A stretch of 64,000 bases of DNA from Tubiluchus corallicola (GCA_030141605.1 JAQGDQ010000141.1:310001-374000); one strand, 5' to 3'; shown: positions 49,996 to 63,850, counted from the stretch's first letter. Numbers and translations are program-made. Notes: generated by a model not told the origin, from the sequence alone.

Positions 49996-52900
49996 TATTG
50001 AATTCTAGTCTATTAAATGTTGTTACACGTTTGTTAAAAAACTTCCCACCATTGAGATTAATTTATTATCCCTTTGCATAATTTTCGCTATTACTAAAGG
50101 TATCTTAGTAACTACGAAATTGTTAAATCACTTCGTAATTTTTGAGTTCTTTCATTCATGTGATGATGCAAGTAGATCACTTTATTCAGTGAAATCATGG
50201 ATATTGAATTACTGGAATGAAATGTAGTTTAATCAGAAAAAGTCAAGTACAATGCTGCCAGACAAAAATTATCGTGTTTTTATGACGTACTAAAATTTTG
50301 TGTAAGAAACTAGTAAGCATTACGACCTGTGAAGTCTCTAGAATAGTGGCAGGCAACTGGTAGTTGTAGGGAACTGGCGGATTTTTTTATCAAGTAAGCG
50401 ATTTACTATATTTAGATACAAAAACATACTATAATGTATTTTGTTGAAAAAATTTGGAATCAGCCCAGTGATTTAAGTGGAAAGCAAATCTCTTCTTGAC
50501 TTTTTTGATTAGACCAAGATTTTCCCCCCCCCCCCCCGAGTGTTTGTTACTGCAAAATGTTACAAAAGCGTTACTGACACTGTTGTGTTAATCCTGATCA
50601 GCTTTTGTGAAATTTGTTTAACAAGTGTATCCTTAATGATGTGATATGCACATGGTCTGTATCTACTTATCCATTTCTTGTGATCGCCTCAAAGTTATTA
50701 ATGATCATAATAATGTTTGTGAATTGCGATGTATATATGTGTGCTTGCATAGTAAAATTGTCCATAAGTCGGCACTTTTGTTCTAGTTAATCCATATCCT
50801 GAATCTCCATTTCATGAGGATCATTTGATACCAAGCTCATCGCTGTATGTTAATTCTAAACTGAGGTAATCAACGTTGAAGTTGAAGTGCAGACTGCACA
50901 CTGAAAAACATAACCTTGAGAAAATCACTGTTAAAGTTAGCCATTGTTTTTTGTCGCGTTTTTTCAAAACACTTAGCAACCGTACAAATGTTGGTTGCTA
51001 CAGACTTTGCAAGAGCACATTGAAGTTATGTTTAAATCTAGTAGTTGGCTCTTCCTGACGAAAATCTGGGCTTGACAAGAGAAGAAACCCGAAGCAGAAT
51101 GGTCACTTCCACAAGGTACTATCAGTGTTTGAAAATAGGAGTTTTTTTTACAATTGCAATACTAGTTTTTAGACAGAAACGTGGGTAAGGTGCCACATAA
51201 TTAAATTTTTAGTGGTTTTTGAACACTTTCTTGATAATTTGATGCCAGAATAAAGTCCAATATATTTAGCATTGATTTTTACGAAATACGAAAAATTGAC
51301 ACTTGATCAAATTTTTGGTCATTCTACTTTGAAGCATTCATAGTTTTAACTATGCTGACTTATGGACGGTTTTGGTGTGTGCACGCACACGCACACACGT
51401 ATAAATTCCTTTTGTGATGCATTTTGATGTTAATTCATTAATAACATTAGGTTATATGGGAACTGATACTGTACAAACTCATAAACATTTATTAGCAGAT
51501 GTGTTAAGCTACACATGTAGCTGACATCAAGGCAATTTGCTGGTACTTGTTTTGCTGTAACATCACCACATTCACTTATTTATAAATTAGCCTAGGAAAT
51601 GCTAATATTTTTTGTCCTATTTGACTTATGTCGGTAGCATAATTGGATGTTGCTTCTAGAAAATGCCACATTAAACAGTTGGATGTTGAGCTGGATTTCA
51701 GAAGCACTCTAGAAAGAAATGTACATCTTATGACTGATTAAGTAACTTACGCTGTTAGTTCAACTAGCTCTTGCAGGGCACAAAGAATGGATTCTGAATG
51801 TAATAAAATCAGTATGAAGTTCCACAGCAAAGCTGCAATGCCTATAGAGTTTTACTCAAGTAACAGAAACAATTTATTCAAAACACAAGTTCTGCAAACC
51901 CTAATCTAACTGCACAATCTACGATTATTTAACCATAACACAGTTTTTGAAATGATAGGTCATCTGTCAATGAAAAATCTATAATTTATCTGCTAGTTTG
52001 ATTAATTTAGATCTGAGTCTTTGTTCATGCCTTAAGACTAAATTGCAGTGAAAAATTTTTGTCTGTTTAATAAAAAAAACAAATTCCATAATTATAGTTT
52101 TGCATTTTGTATATGGTGCCATACCAGAATCTTCATTGTGTGCGTTTAAGTTTTACTGGTTTGTGTTGTTATTGCATTGATTATCTGTTAGGATCACTGT
52201 GTGCAAAAGCACAAGGATTGCTCTTTCATCAGACCTTTGGTTTACAAAAGTAGAATGATTCATAGTTACACTAAAAAGTATTTACAAAGTCATGAACGAG
52301 TGTAATTGTAACCATATTTTTGCGTGATGTTTCTAAGTTTTTAAAACCGAATGCATCTGCTGGCTTTTGCTAATTCAAAACCAGTTAGGTCTATGTGTAC
52401 CCCACGTTTGCACCATATGGTACCACTGAGGGTGAACATGTGAAACAGCTGCAAACACAGTCTGCTCTTTGAATTTTGAGATAATTATGGCATGGTGCAC
52501 CAAAGCCACGTGTGTGAGTGTGTTACAGAACACATGCACAAACAAACGTAAGAAAACTCGAATCTTTTCCGCAGTGCTATGCTATTTTTATTCAGCAATG
52601 ATTGTGATACAGTAGAAAACGAATGTTAAGCAGCTATTCTAGGCCACATGTATAGATATATATTATCATCTTTGGTACCCTTAATTATGTACATAAGAAC
52701 AATTGTTGTTCTATCATTTGCACTAGCTTTGTGAATACACATAAAAATTTGTAAACATAAATAAAAAATTGCAAAGTTAATACAGTATGTATGCTTACTA
52801 TGTGTTTTAAATCATTCGAAAAAATACATAGGTAACCAAATATAACAAAACAAAATAAGTGTTAGGTGTTGATATAAACAAAACATGTAAGACATAGTAG

Positions 52901-53283
52901 ATTAAATTTTTGAGCTTAACAAGAGAAAATGGAGTAAATGTTGAAAGGATTTGACATGGTTTATTCGTAAATGGGTCAAACAAAACCTTTGTGTGCTAAT
53001 TCAGATAACTAAATTCATATAACTATACCAGTAAGTATTAGCAAAGACCATAATAAATATGGTATAATAAATAAAGTTTACAAACAAAATTAACAGAAAT
53101 AACTTTGGTCAAGAACATAGCAAAAAAGCATATAAATTATTGTATTTTCTCAAAAAAATACTACATTATTGACCTCTTGTGACCTGCTGTTGTCATATTG
53201 AGCTAGAAATGACTGGTAATAAAGACTTTAGAATTGACTAGAAATGGGAAATGTTTCCAAGTACAGTTAATGATCACAAAGAC

Positions 53284-56200
53284 TCACTCTAGAACGGTAG
53301 CCTCGCAAATTGCATTTATCCACCTATCCTGCGTATAAATATCATCAGCGTGAAAGACAAACATCAGTTTACCTTTGTGAAGCAGTTGGAATACGAGCTT
53401 TGCATCAATGCCATCGAATGCTTCCTTTGTATCCAAGCTTTTAACCTCATAACCAAGCAGAGGTGTGGCCTTCAATGCCACCACATCTTCGCTTGCTTTG
53501 TATTCGTATAGAACCTTATTCTTTAGAACAAACCACATTTTAGTCCACTTGTGCTTCTTCAGGTGCTTGTGAAGATATCCGCTAATGTCTGACTCAGCAT
53601 CATTGGCTGAAACCTTTAGACGCTGAGGTACCTGTTTGACTTTACGTAGAATATTTCCTTTCTTAAAGCGAGACTTAATGTCATTGTGAGTCAACCCATA
53701 ACATTCCTGAACTGTCCCGTATATATCGTCCTTCATTTCGTACACAGATGATCTTACGTCTTCGTCTGCCATGTGTACAAGTTCTTTATAGAGATTATCA
53801 TAGCAGACGTCACAAACTCTTGCGCTTTGATATTTTCGATACAGCAGAGGAGCTTTGTTTGCGCAGCAGTTACTGCACACAAGCTTCCCGCAAGCACGGC
53901 AATGATGTTTACGAGAGCGGACACCAAACTCGTTCGTGCACAACATGCAAATCGTAGCACGAGTTTCTGGAATCCAGACTGGCGCTTTAGCTCCAATCTT
54001 TCCTTGCTTTTCAGTTTTGTTTTTCTCAACTATAGACGCTCTGAAAGCTTTAAATGTGCTTTTCTTCACGGCATTTTCATCAATTGCTGTGCCAATGGCA
54101 CAGATCCATTCGTCTCTCTCGTATGCCGTTCTCGTTGAAAACAGGAAAGACCTCTCAACTGTTACAATATGAAACTCATTTTTATATGCTTCCAGACTTG
54201 GTTTTAATACTTTCATTCCAGAAAGAGGAAGAATTGCACTCAATTTGTACATTGTATTGGGCAGAGGTACAGTGTAGAGTAACACATCATTGAGCAGAAA
54301 CAAATTACGGGTCTGATGGTCTTTTCTACCAACATTGAAAACTTCACCTTGTTTGAGTAGCAACCTCCCAGGTTTCACTATAACACGACCGCCAATCAGA
54401 CGCTCCTGTAGCTGAAACAGTTTTTCAAACTTTTCTTCTTTTTTTATTGTCTCATTGGCATGATTGGCTACATCACTGACGATCTTCAATGCAGTTTCTG
54501 TGTCAGCTCTGTCTGCCGATTTATCGGGTAAATGTTTCAGGTAATCCTGTAGTAACATTCTATATTGAGGAATGCGCTGAACAGGTTTCAACATGTAATG
54601 CTGCACAGCCAAGCGAGCACAACATGGACTGGCTTCGAAGTCTCGGACGGCTTTACCAAACTCACTATATTTCTTCATAGCATCATTCAGTGCCTGCGTC
54701 ATCTGAGGAAAATCTTTTATGTACGAAGCATATAGTTTTAGAAATGGACCAAATCTAACAAATATATCAGATATTCTGGGATTTTCTTTCCAGTTATCGA
54801 TACGTGAACTTAGATCAGCGGCCAAACCACTGTTTAGTTCATGTAGCTGTGGCAAGTACAATAGCATGCTGTTTAATACTTCTTCCGGAATAACAGGTTT
54901 ACCTTTATCGCGTCCCGCATTATGAATGGTATCACGGAAATCCTTATTTAGAAGTTTCAAACTATTTACAAATGCAAGCTCAGTTGTGGACATTTCTTGT
55001 GCTATGTGGAACAGCTTTGTTTTTTGCTTGACGTCTCTGTCAGACTCCTCTTCATCGGAACTGTCATCAGAACTAGAGTCAGATGGTCGTTCGGCAAACA
55101 CTGCTTCATCTGTATCCATGTAAATTATATCATCTATCTGCCAGGGATTGAATCGCACAGACATAGGCAAACTCACAGAGCTCTGCTCAAAGAGACCTTC
55201 TCCATCCTTTGCCGTTGCTGGCAAGCTTCTTGATTTGTTGATTGCTTCGCTGTCATTTGTACTATGTTTCAGTTTCCTAGCAGGAGGCAGAGGAGGTGGT
55301 TCGCCTTCAGGTCCTCCCAAAGTGCCGTATGTTGTAGCAGGTGCCATACAGAACAGATTACGAATACTGAAAGTGGATGATTTGTCAGAGCTACAGACAC
55401 TATTTGTTGAGCTGAGATTTATACCGGAATCATGCCTTTCAATCGAACTAACGCTGTCATCCTGTGCAGTGGTGGGGCTGCTGTAATCACTGGTTTTTCT
55501 AAGGGAAGCATAATCAATGTAACAATACATGTGATCCGGATTATCAAACGGTGAATCAATTCTTGTTAGAGAATGTTTTCCGGGAGTAGAAGCTACTGGA
55601 ATTGGTGATTCATTTTTTCTCGGACTGTCTCCCCACAGAGCAAAAAGGGATTTCCAGCTTGACACACTCCCAACACTCTTTTCTACACTACAGTCATCTA
55701 CAGGCCTTCTCATATCTTCTGCTTCTTTTGATTTTTGTTTCTCGGGAAGAGCAGGTGGGGGGTCTTCTGAATTTTCTTTTACATCCAGAGATATGCCTAG
55801 TGATCCTTCAATAGTTTCCAACAAAGAAACTTCCCTTTTTCCAGTTTTTGGAGGCAAAGGTGGTGGTGGCCTGTCTGGTTTAATAACAGCCCGCTTTTCT
55901 TCATGTGCACTTGTAGACGAAATTTTGTGCTTGGATACCTGGCGAGGAGGTATATTAGGTGGAGGTGGTGGCGGTGGCACATTCATGGGCTGGTCTGTGG
56001 ACTTTTCATCCTGTGACACTTTTGTGTGTGTAGGAGTAAATGCAGAATTCTTGAGTAAACAGTCACTACTGTTTTGTCTTTGGTGCAGGCGAAACCTTGT
56101 AGACTTGTTTGATGATGTCATTTCGGACACTAGCGTTTTCTCAAGCAGGGAATCAACACTCTTCTGCTTTGTGTGTAGCCAGGATGAACTTTTAGGAGGA

Positions 56201-57369
56201 GATTGGTAAGCTGACGGTTTAAAAACACAGCTACTGTTTGGTTGCTGTTGACTTTTGAAAGCAGTTTGTCTTGACGCCACCTGCTCAATCGCAGGAGCGA
56301 TACTTATTTCTTGTGAGCGTACAGTCACTGGACTAACACAGGCAACAGGTTTAGTAATCACAGTTTTTTTCACAGTGACACCGGCCCTGCTTGGTGCAGA
56401 TACTTTGGAGCTAGCTGCAGTACTATTTAAGTGCAACTCATCAGTTGTTTTAGGCGATTTACTCCTCGGAGTAACAGATATATTACTTTTGCGAAGTGAA
56501 GATGCCGTCAAATCGCTCTTTCCACGGAACAACCAAGATTTGACTGGCTCACTTTTAGAAGTGTCTTTTCCAACATTATAATTATCTTTATGTTTGGGTA
56601 AAGCAGAGCTTCCATTCAAAATTGACACTTTCTCTGTATGCAGCTTAGCATCTGGACTACCCTTGCATGTGGATAAGCTATCAGATGACTTTCTCAAAGC
56701 GGCATTGCTTAGTCGTTTGTTACCGACACCTTCATTGTCCGATAGTGAGGAATTATCATACTCGAAATTTCGCTTCAGCTCACTAACCATTGACAAGCGC
56801 TTCTGCATTTCGGCTGTATCTTCAACTAATGACTGTGACCTTCGTTTGATCTTTGGTTTGGCTAAAAGGCAGTCACCGTCTTGTGATGACGGCGAATCTG
56901 GCATTTCAAACTTCTTAGCATCAGCCTGTAGTTTATCAATTGTGCTCCTTATTAAATGCGACTGCTTGGGTGGAGTTGCTGCCTTATTTGCAACTGGAGT
57001 CTTCGACGAACTCTTGCTAACACACGTCTCGCTAATTGGTGACATGTTTCGAGTACTAATTCCAAACTTCGGGTGCTTACTTTTGCTCTTTGTATGACTC
57101 GCATTGGTCGAATGCTCGCTATCTAAACTAGCTTTTCTAGGAATTGACTTTTCAACACTTGTGTTTATATTAGCTGCCTTTCCACTGCCACTGTTACCAT
57201 TGTTGTTGTTTATACTTAGGGAACCCTGAGATTCCCGAGATGACCCAGCACTAGCCTGAACTGGAGGCTTTGGTGGGGCAGCTTTAGGCCTAGGGACATG
57301 CTTACCAGCATGATGTCTAGATGCTGTTGGTGGCACATTTGGCAATGGAGGAGGTGGAGGTGGTGTCAT
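53284..57369 (-). CDS. FYVE, RhoGEF and PH domain-containing protein (FGD family, FGD6-like), single coding exon
   Basis: Pro/Ser-rich N-terminus, DH domain (IAQEMSTTELAFV...YMLKPVQRIPQY), PH, FYVE (WIPE...RKHHCRACG...RVC) and a second PH domain. First ATG at 57369 after an in-frame stop; UTR acceptor TTGTTTTCTAG| at 57575. Confidence 0.92.
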   Translation of the reverse strand: MTPPPPPPLPNVPPTASRHHAGKHVPRPKAAPPKPPVQASAGSSRESQGSLSINNNNGNSGSGKAANINTSVEKSIPRKASLDSEHSTNASHTKSKSKHPKFGISTRNMSPISETCVSKSSSKTPVANKAATPPKQSHLIRSTIDKLQADAKKFEMPDSPSSQDGDCLLAKPKIKRRSQSLVEDTAEMQKRLSMVSELKRNFEYDNSSLSDNEGVGNKRLSNAALRKSSDSLSTCKGSPDAKLHTEKVSILNGSSALPKHKDNYNVGKDTSKSEPVKSWLFRGKSDLTASSLRKSNISVTPRSKSPKTTDELHLNSTAASSKVSAPSRAGVTVKKTVITKPVACVSPVTVRSQEISIAPAIEQVASRQTAFKSQQQPNSSCVFKPSAYQSPPKSSSWLHTKQKSVDSLLEKTLVSEMTSSNKSTRFRLHQRQNSSDCLLKNSAFTPTHTKVSQDEKSTDQPMNVPPPPPPPNIPPRQVSKHKISSTSAHEEKRAVIKPDRPPPPLPPKTGKREVSLLETIEGSLGISLDVKENSEDPPPALPEKQKSKEAEDMRRPVDDCSVEKSVGSVSSWKSLFALWGDSPRKNESPIPVASTPGKHSLTRIDSPFDNPDHMYCYIDYASLRKTSDYSSPTTAQDDSVSSIERHDSGINLSSTNSVCSSDKSSTFSIRNLFCMAPATTYGTLGGPEGEPPPLPPARKLKHSTNDSEAINKSRSLPATAKDGEGLFEQSSVSLPMSVRFNPWQIDDIIYMDTDEAVFAERPSDSSSDDSSDEEESDRDVKQKTKLFHIAQEMSTTELAFVNSLKLLNKDFRDTIHNAGRDKGKPVIPEEVLNSMLLYLPQLHELNSGLAADLSSRIDNWKENPRISDIFVRFGPFLKLYASYIKDFPQMTQALNDAMKKYSEFGKAVRDFEASPCCARLAVQHYMLKPVQRIPQYRMLLQDYLKHLPDKSADRADTETALKIVSDVANHANETIKKEEKFEKLFQLQERLIGGRVIVKPGRLLLKQGEVFNVGRKDHQTRNLFLLNDVLLYTVPLPNTMYKLSAILPLSGMKVLKPSLEAYKNEFHIVTVERSFLFSTRTAYERDEWICAIGTAIDENAVKKSTFKAFRASIVEKNKTEKQGKIGAKAPVWIPETRATICMLCTNEFGVRSRKHHCRACGKLVCSNCCANKAPLLYRKYQSARVCDVCYDNLYKELVHMADEDVRSSVYEMKDDIYGTVQECYGLTHNDIKSRFKKGNILRKVKQVPQRLKVSANDAESDISGYLHKHLKKHKWTKMWFVLKNKVLYEYKASEDVVALKATPLLGYEVKSLDTKEAFDGIDAKLVFQLLHKGKLMFVFHADDIYTQDRWINAICEATVLE

Positions 57370-59499
57370 GGTCAAAAATTCTAAATCCCATCGGATAAAT
57401 GCAGTTTGTTTTCTGGCATTTCACATATCACTACACGTGTTCGAAGCCCAAACTTGATCAATCGCCCAAACTTCCGTAAATTTTTGTTTTTTTGCAAAAT
57501 TCGTTAATTGTTGCAGCAAATTTTCAAGTTTGTTGGAGTGCTCCAGTCCACTAAACTGCTTCGTAATTCAGCAACTAGAAAACAAATTAATATATAATTT
57601 CTCAGATAATTACATATCAGTAAGATATTAATTATGATGCAACAAATCAATGGTAATTAAATCCAGCCAAAATATACCTAGTGAAGTATATTATCACTAG
57701 TGAAGTACCTAGTGAAGTCAAAAACAACAACAGAAAATATATGAATTATTGAAGCTGGTAGAACATTCTGAGTAATAAATTTTTGCAGGAACAATTGCAG
57801 TTATCTTACAGTTTGTTTAACTGCTGTTTCTTACAGCAGAAATGGTGGGAATTGTTTAACAAACAGTAATATAACTATACACACGCAGACCTCACAATTG
57901 CAGATGGACTCACATAGGAAAGGAACCGCTAGGAATGAGTGAATTAATCATATTTCAAGGAAAAATTCATGGTAATTTACCATGCAAAACTACTGTTATT
58001 GGAAATACGGCTGCAAATTACAACGATTACAATTAAATTAACAACCATCCCAGTCAAATGTAAACCAAGTCCCAAGCAGGCTGTTGCATAGTTGGTTTGT
58101 CTAGACCTGGCTATAAACAGATTGCATGAAAATGCCACAACTTAAAAAAACATTGATTGTGTGTACCTACAGCACATACTTACTCGTACACAGCATGGAA
58201 GTTTTTACATAGCCTCATATTCAAATTTGCAAGAATATCAAGGTGTCTAATTTTCTATGCCTAAAAATCTTACTTTAAGCAGCACACAGTATTGATTCAT
58301 GCTGTCAATGATTAAACTTTATCAAATTAGTGTGTATGCCAACTCTGCAATCAGAGATTAAATTAGAGGTTTGTAAATGCCTGTAAATTATTCTATGCAA
58401 TGAAATGAAATGAACTTAACCATAGCATACTGCCACTCTTAAAATATATGACTAAGACTGAGAGTGGTAGAGGTTAATCGAGCAAGCACTTAATTATTAG
58501 CAATGAACTACGGTATAAGATTTATGTACGCAGCAAAAGCAAGTTTGAAGTTAAACTAAACTGCTGGCTGATTTGCTAACGTTTTTTTCGCCACCTTTTC
58601 CTTAACTACTAGCAACTTATTAATTTAATGTTATGTACTTGATTTTTTCGTGTGTTACAACAGATAAATAAATTTATCTGAAATCTAAATATAAAAAAAC
58701 ACTGCTGTGAGCAATGGGAAGGCTATAATATAATAATTAGCGGTGGGGCGTTTTTCTCGGAGATCCACTCATTCGCGCGGCCCCACAATAACCATACCAT
58801 TATTCCTAAAGTCATTTTAATAAAGAGATTAAATAAATCCAGTGTAGCAATTAAAAATCTAATTACATCATTTTTGCATGCTTTTAACTTTAAAATCCGT
58901 TTTCCCGAAATATCCGTCTTTTGTGTTCATCGAAAGTCCAACAAAATAAAATTCCACACTTAGCAATGTGGGATATCACATAGCTTGGGCAGATTGCAGG
59001 ATATATCACACGGGAGTAGCCCTGACAAGCCACTAGCATTAGCATAGATAATATTACTACATGGGCTTAAGACTCTAACTGGCATAATTATCATATCTAT
59101 CAATCAGCCAATTCAATTCAATTTATTGCGCAAATATGCAATTAACATTATATACATTGACAAGTGCAAAAAGAAAGTTATTTAGAGGTAGAACTACAGA
59201 TTGCTATCACACATATAAAAAAACTGATGTGCTGCTACTTAGCTTTACTAGCTATTATGAGAAACAGATCGACTATTGCAATTATATTATTAATCAAACT
59301 GATTGAGATTTTGGCTGCGCAATGATACTTGCTATATTTAATAGCAATCTATAATTAGTGACTATAGATTGCAAAACTTTATATCAGTGTCTAGTTCGGA
59401 TGGTTTACTTTCACACTGTGTGTTTACTTCTTTTGAGGACAGAATTTTTTTAGTTTAAAATTCTGCATGGGAAGTGTCTGCTTAATGTATATAATAGGA

Positions 59500-60500
59500 C
59501 GTAATCTTACCTTATGTTGTTTTGGCAAAGTAATCTTCTAACCAAATTGTGTATATATGTTCGTATCTGTATCCTCTCAATGGACGCCTTGCAATTGTAG
59601 ACTATCTCTTTCACAGCCCAGTGCTTGTCCAACCTTCTCTTATATACATCTACACTTGGTGCACACACCACATCGTTGGGTAAACTATTCCATGCATCTA
59701 CAATTCTGTGCAAAAAACGGTTCAATCCTATACACTTATTAGATCTGAACTTGTATAACTTTAGTGAATGACCTCTGGTGATCGATTTGGCTACTTGCGA
59801 TCTCACTTGCAACTGTAGGCTTACAGCTTTATCACATTATATTTGTTAAGATCCTATAAGCCTCTACCATGTGACCTCTCAGTCTCCTATTAGCTAGTGT
59901 TGGCAATTTAAGGAACTTTACCCGGTCAGTATACGATAATTCTTTCATTAAGTCATTAAGTCATTAAGCTTTTTTGTCGCATATGTTTGTACTTGTTCCA
60001 GCTAATCTATACATTTGACCATTGATGGGTCATTGAGCTTTAAAACTCCAAGCGGGGCCTAACAAGGAATTTGTACAGATAGATGAACATACTATGGGTC
60101 AGAGTGGTAAAAGCTCTTGTTATTATCCCCACCATCTTCTTAGCTTTGCTTATCTTTTCCTGGATATGATGTTCGAATGTGGGCAGTCTATCAAAAGTAG
60201 CTACAACGTCTTTCTGTGACTCAATCCAGGATATCTGGTAACTAATTTCATCTCTGGCCAGCATGTAATCAAAAATTGGATTATTTTCTTTCCTAGGTGT
60301 TATATTCATCGCCTTACATTTACCAGTCTTAACTCCATTTAGTCATACTATGAAGATTTCCTGAATGTTTTCCCTATCTTGCTGTGATTCAGTCATATTG
60401 AACAGTTTTGTATCGGCCGCAAACAGAAAGATCCAGACACTAATTCTTCTGGAAGATCATTGATGTAGATGAGAAATAATGTTGGACCGAGGACATGATA
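59500..60500 (-). mobile_element. Decayed CR1 LINE RT 3' fragment
   Basis: VLGPTLFLIYINDLP, LYKFLVRPRLE, TRGHSLKL and RIVDAWNSLP are hallmark CR1 ORF2 motifs, found in broken frames. Confidence 0.85.
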
Positions 60501-63500
60501 ATAATGGGCATGATGATAATTATCTATGACAGTTATTTGTACTAGGCCTTTTTGTAACTCAACAAAAGAATACAATACATAAGGAATTCATTACAATAAT
60601 ATATAATTATTTGCGACTGCTGATATTTATATTAATCTCACACTTGCTGAAATAATAATAATGATGATGGTGATGATGGCGCTAAGAATAATGATGACAA
60701 TAATACTAATAATAACTCCAAAATGAACTGAAAAATTATATGGAAGATACCACATTCTTTAATCTGTACATTTGTACACGACAACACGACAAGTCATGTG
60801 ATGTTCTTAAACAATAATCATGCACTTGAAGTTTAAGAAGTCAACGGACATAAATTAAGGAGCTTGCACAAAAATGGTCAGATTGAGATTTAAGAATTTT
60901 CATTATAATTAAAGCAAGTACAGCAACCTAAACTTACTTTGCCAGAAATTGTACTATTTTGGCTATTCCATTATAGACATTCCATATTTGGTGTTACAAC
61001 CAATGGTGTTACAAAGAGCACATGCTGTGTTTTTGCAAAATGTTCCAGACTTTTTATCCTTGATAGTTGCTTTGTAGTTTCGGCACTAGTTGATCACAAA
61101 ATTGGCAAAGGGGTTGACGTAGTATGCATCCACAGCTGTAGTAGAAAGATGCAGAGGAAGTCCCACATCTTTTACTTGGTATATGGTAAGACAGTGTTTA
61201 CGTGCAATTACAGGGACATTCGAACAATTTAAATGTGTTAAACAAACCATTAGCTATTTTTTAATTAAAAAAGATCGACTTATGTCGTATAAGATGGGAA
61301 GAAGACATGTTTACCAAAATCTATGTTATGTAATTCCATGCTAATGGTCAGGATTGGCATCCGAAACTGATGGTTCAAAATGTCACTTCTTCAACACTTT
61401 TACACTGAGCGCACTTAGTTTAGTACATGTTCCTGTTACCGGAAGAGTAGATATGACTTCTGCTGAAAAGGCAACCTCGCATTTGTGTGCATCAGAATCT
61501 GCTTAATTGCTGTTTCATTTGCTGGACAAGAAGCAGTCATTTGGACATACTTAAGTGGATGTGTAGGAAGGTGGATGTACTGCATTCTCTGTGGTTTTCC
61601 AGTCTCCTGCAAGCCATCCAGAAGTGAAAACGAGTATTTGCAATGCAGATTTTAAACCTGTGCAAGCAATCTCCGTACAGGTCACACAGTGGATCTTAGT
61701 GGTAGCTAAATTGATCGTGATCTCTATCCTCATCTGAGACCTTGAAGACACATTTTCCTTTACATGAGGTGTGCCTTGCACACACGGCGTCCTCAGCTCA
61801 AGGAAGGAGAATAGTTATTAAACGATCTTTAATAGTGTTCACATGCAACTTGAATCCAAGTATTTTGGGCAATGCCATGTAACACTGCATGGACATTTTG
61901 ATTGATCATGGCAAGTTGCAGTGGCAGGTGACAATGGTCATCATCATGAAACCCAGCGTAGTAATTTAAAATCTAATTACATCAATAAATTATGATGTGT
62001 GAGCTGATACGCCACATCACCAAAGCTACTCCAACACACAATTTTTAAACAAGATCTATGTCAGAAACTACAAAAATTACTCCACAATGTTACATAAGGC
62101 CAGTAGCGGCAAGTGGCTAACCCAGCGCTTAGCCTAGTGGACATAATCACGTATGTTACTGTCAAATACCCATCCGTTTGGAGAAAAGTGATGTACTTGC
62201 TTCCCATAAAATTGCTTATATTATCTGCAAAATGTCAGTAACGTTATTCCCCTAACATAAAATTTTGCTTTGAAAAACAGGTCTAACATTTTAAAATTTA
62301 CATCCGAAAGGCACAGTTTAACACCAGCTCTCAGCATAATTTCATTATTGATTGCGTACCATTCCATATCACCAGCTCTCAGCAGTGAATAAATGACACT
62401 TGCTTTCTCAGGTCATCATCATTAAATCCAGTGTAATAATTAGAAATCTAATTACAATATTAAATTCAATTACGACGTGTGAGCTGATATATCACATCAG
62501 CAAGGTTATTCTAACACATGATTTTATGGCCAGATCCATACCAAAAGCTATTGATCACTTCACTTTGCGCAAGTCTCCCACTTCAGGAATGTTATGAATA
62601 TCCTTTAATTATTCCGTTAGAGCTTTGCAAAATGACATGTGGGGTTTTCACACGTTTGATCATAGTCAAAGACGGTTTTGCAAGATACATGACAGGAAAG
62701 TCGCAGAGAGCAGGAAAGAGCAGACCTATCATCCCCCCTGTCTGTTCTCACGCTTATCACCTCTTATCATCCATCGTAGGTAAAATATAGCGAAATTTAC
62801 AATATAGGATCAAAGGGAAGCAGCCCGGAGAAAGCAAGTGTAATTTGCTTGTTGCTGGCAGCTGGTGATGCTGGACGGCGAGCAGTCAATGATGAAGTTG
62901 TGTGTGAGAGCAGGTTGTCAAAGCTGTGCCTTTCAGATGTAAATTTCAAAATGGTGGACCTATTTTAGCGACATAATAAGGAGACATCGTGAAATCGGAC
63001 TTATTTATTATTTTTTTCTTTTTCAGCAGTTCTTGACTACTCACCTTGATACAAAAAGCTCAAGGCACGCCTCATTATGCACTGAACAGAATTGAATCTA
63101 TGGTCCAGAGACAAGTGCGTCAATGATTTTGGCCACGTGATTTGTTGTTCGTAGTGATGTACATCCGGGCTTTTCACAGTAGTGAAGAAGTCCATGATGT
63201 TTTTGTTTGATTACAGTAATTTCATGTATTTTCACTAATTTGCCTGATTAACGCCTGGATTTATCGAATAATATTGAACTTATATTAATAATCGATTGCG
63301 TTTTCTATAGTTTCATCGGTAGAACGATTGTGTTTGTGAAATGAAGTAAATGCTGAGTTAAACGAGTCACTGTGGACAGAATTTAGGGTTAGGCGTTTCA
63401 CTAAGTTTGTGATTTTGTTCGCGTTCTCCGCTGGCCAGTTAGCTTATGTTATGTGAAACTCGTTTTTCTGATATCACAAAGTTTATCATGCAGGAAGGCG

Positions 63501-63741
63501 CAGATCAAGAAGAAGAAGGGGAAAACATCGACGGTGTCATTGAGTTTTGTTTTTAAAGCATAGACATGAAATCCGGGCTAGAACTTCGTGGATCTGTACT
63601 GTGTAGTAAGGAATAGTAAAAGGCCTAGTTGCCAGCCTTTTTGTGACTTTACGTAAGTCACTAGGTTGTGCAGGTTGCTGGCTGTTTGTGCTAACGTAAA
63701 GTGTGCTTTCATTTCTGTGAAACAGAAAAGCCTGTGTGAAC

Positions 63742-63850
63742 ATGATCATGGAATTATACATTGAAACGCTCACAGGAATGGCGTTTGAACTGCGGGTTTC
63801 TCCATTTGAAACCGTTTTTGCCGTAAAAGCGAAGATTCAGCGAATGGAAG
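63742..63850 (+). CDS. ZFAND4: First coding exon of AN1-type zinc finger protein 4 (ubiquitin-like N-terminus); continues beyond the window
   Basis: MIMELYIETLTGMAFELRVSPFETVFAVKAKIQRMEG|GT matches the ZFAND4/ANUBL1 UBL start MELFIETLTG..FELRVSPFETV.SVKAKI; in-frame TGA at 63718. Confidence 0.85.
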
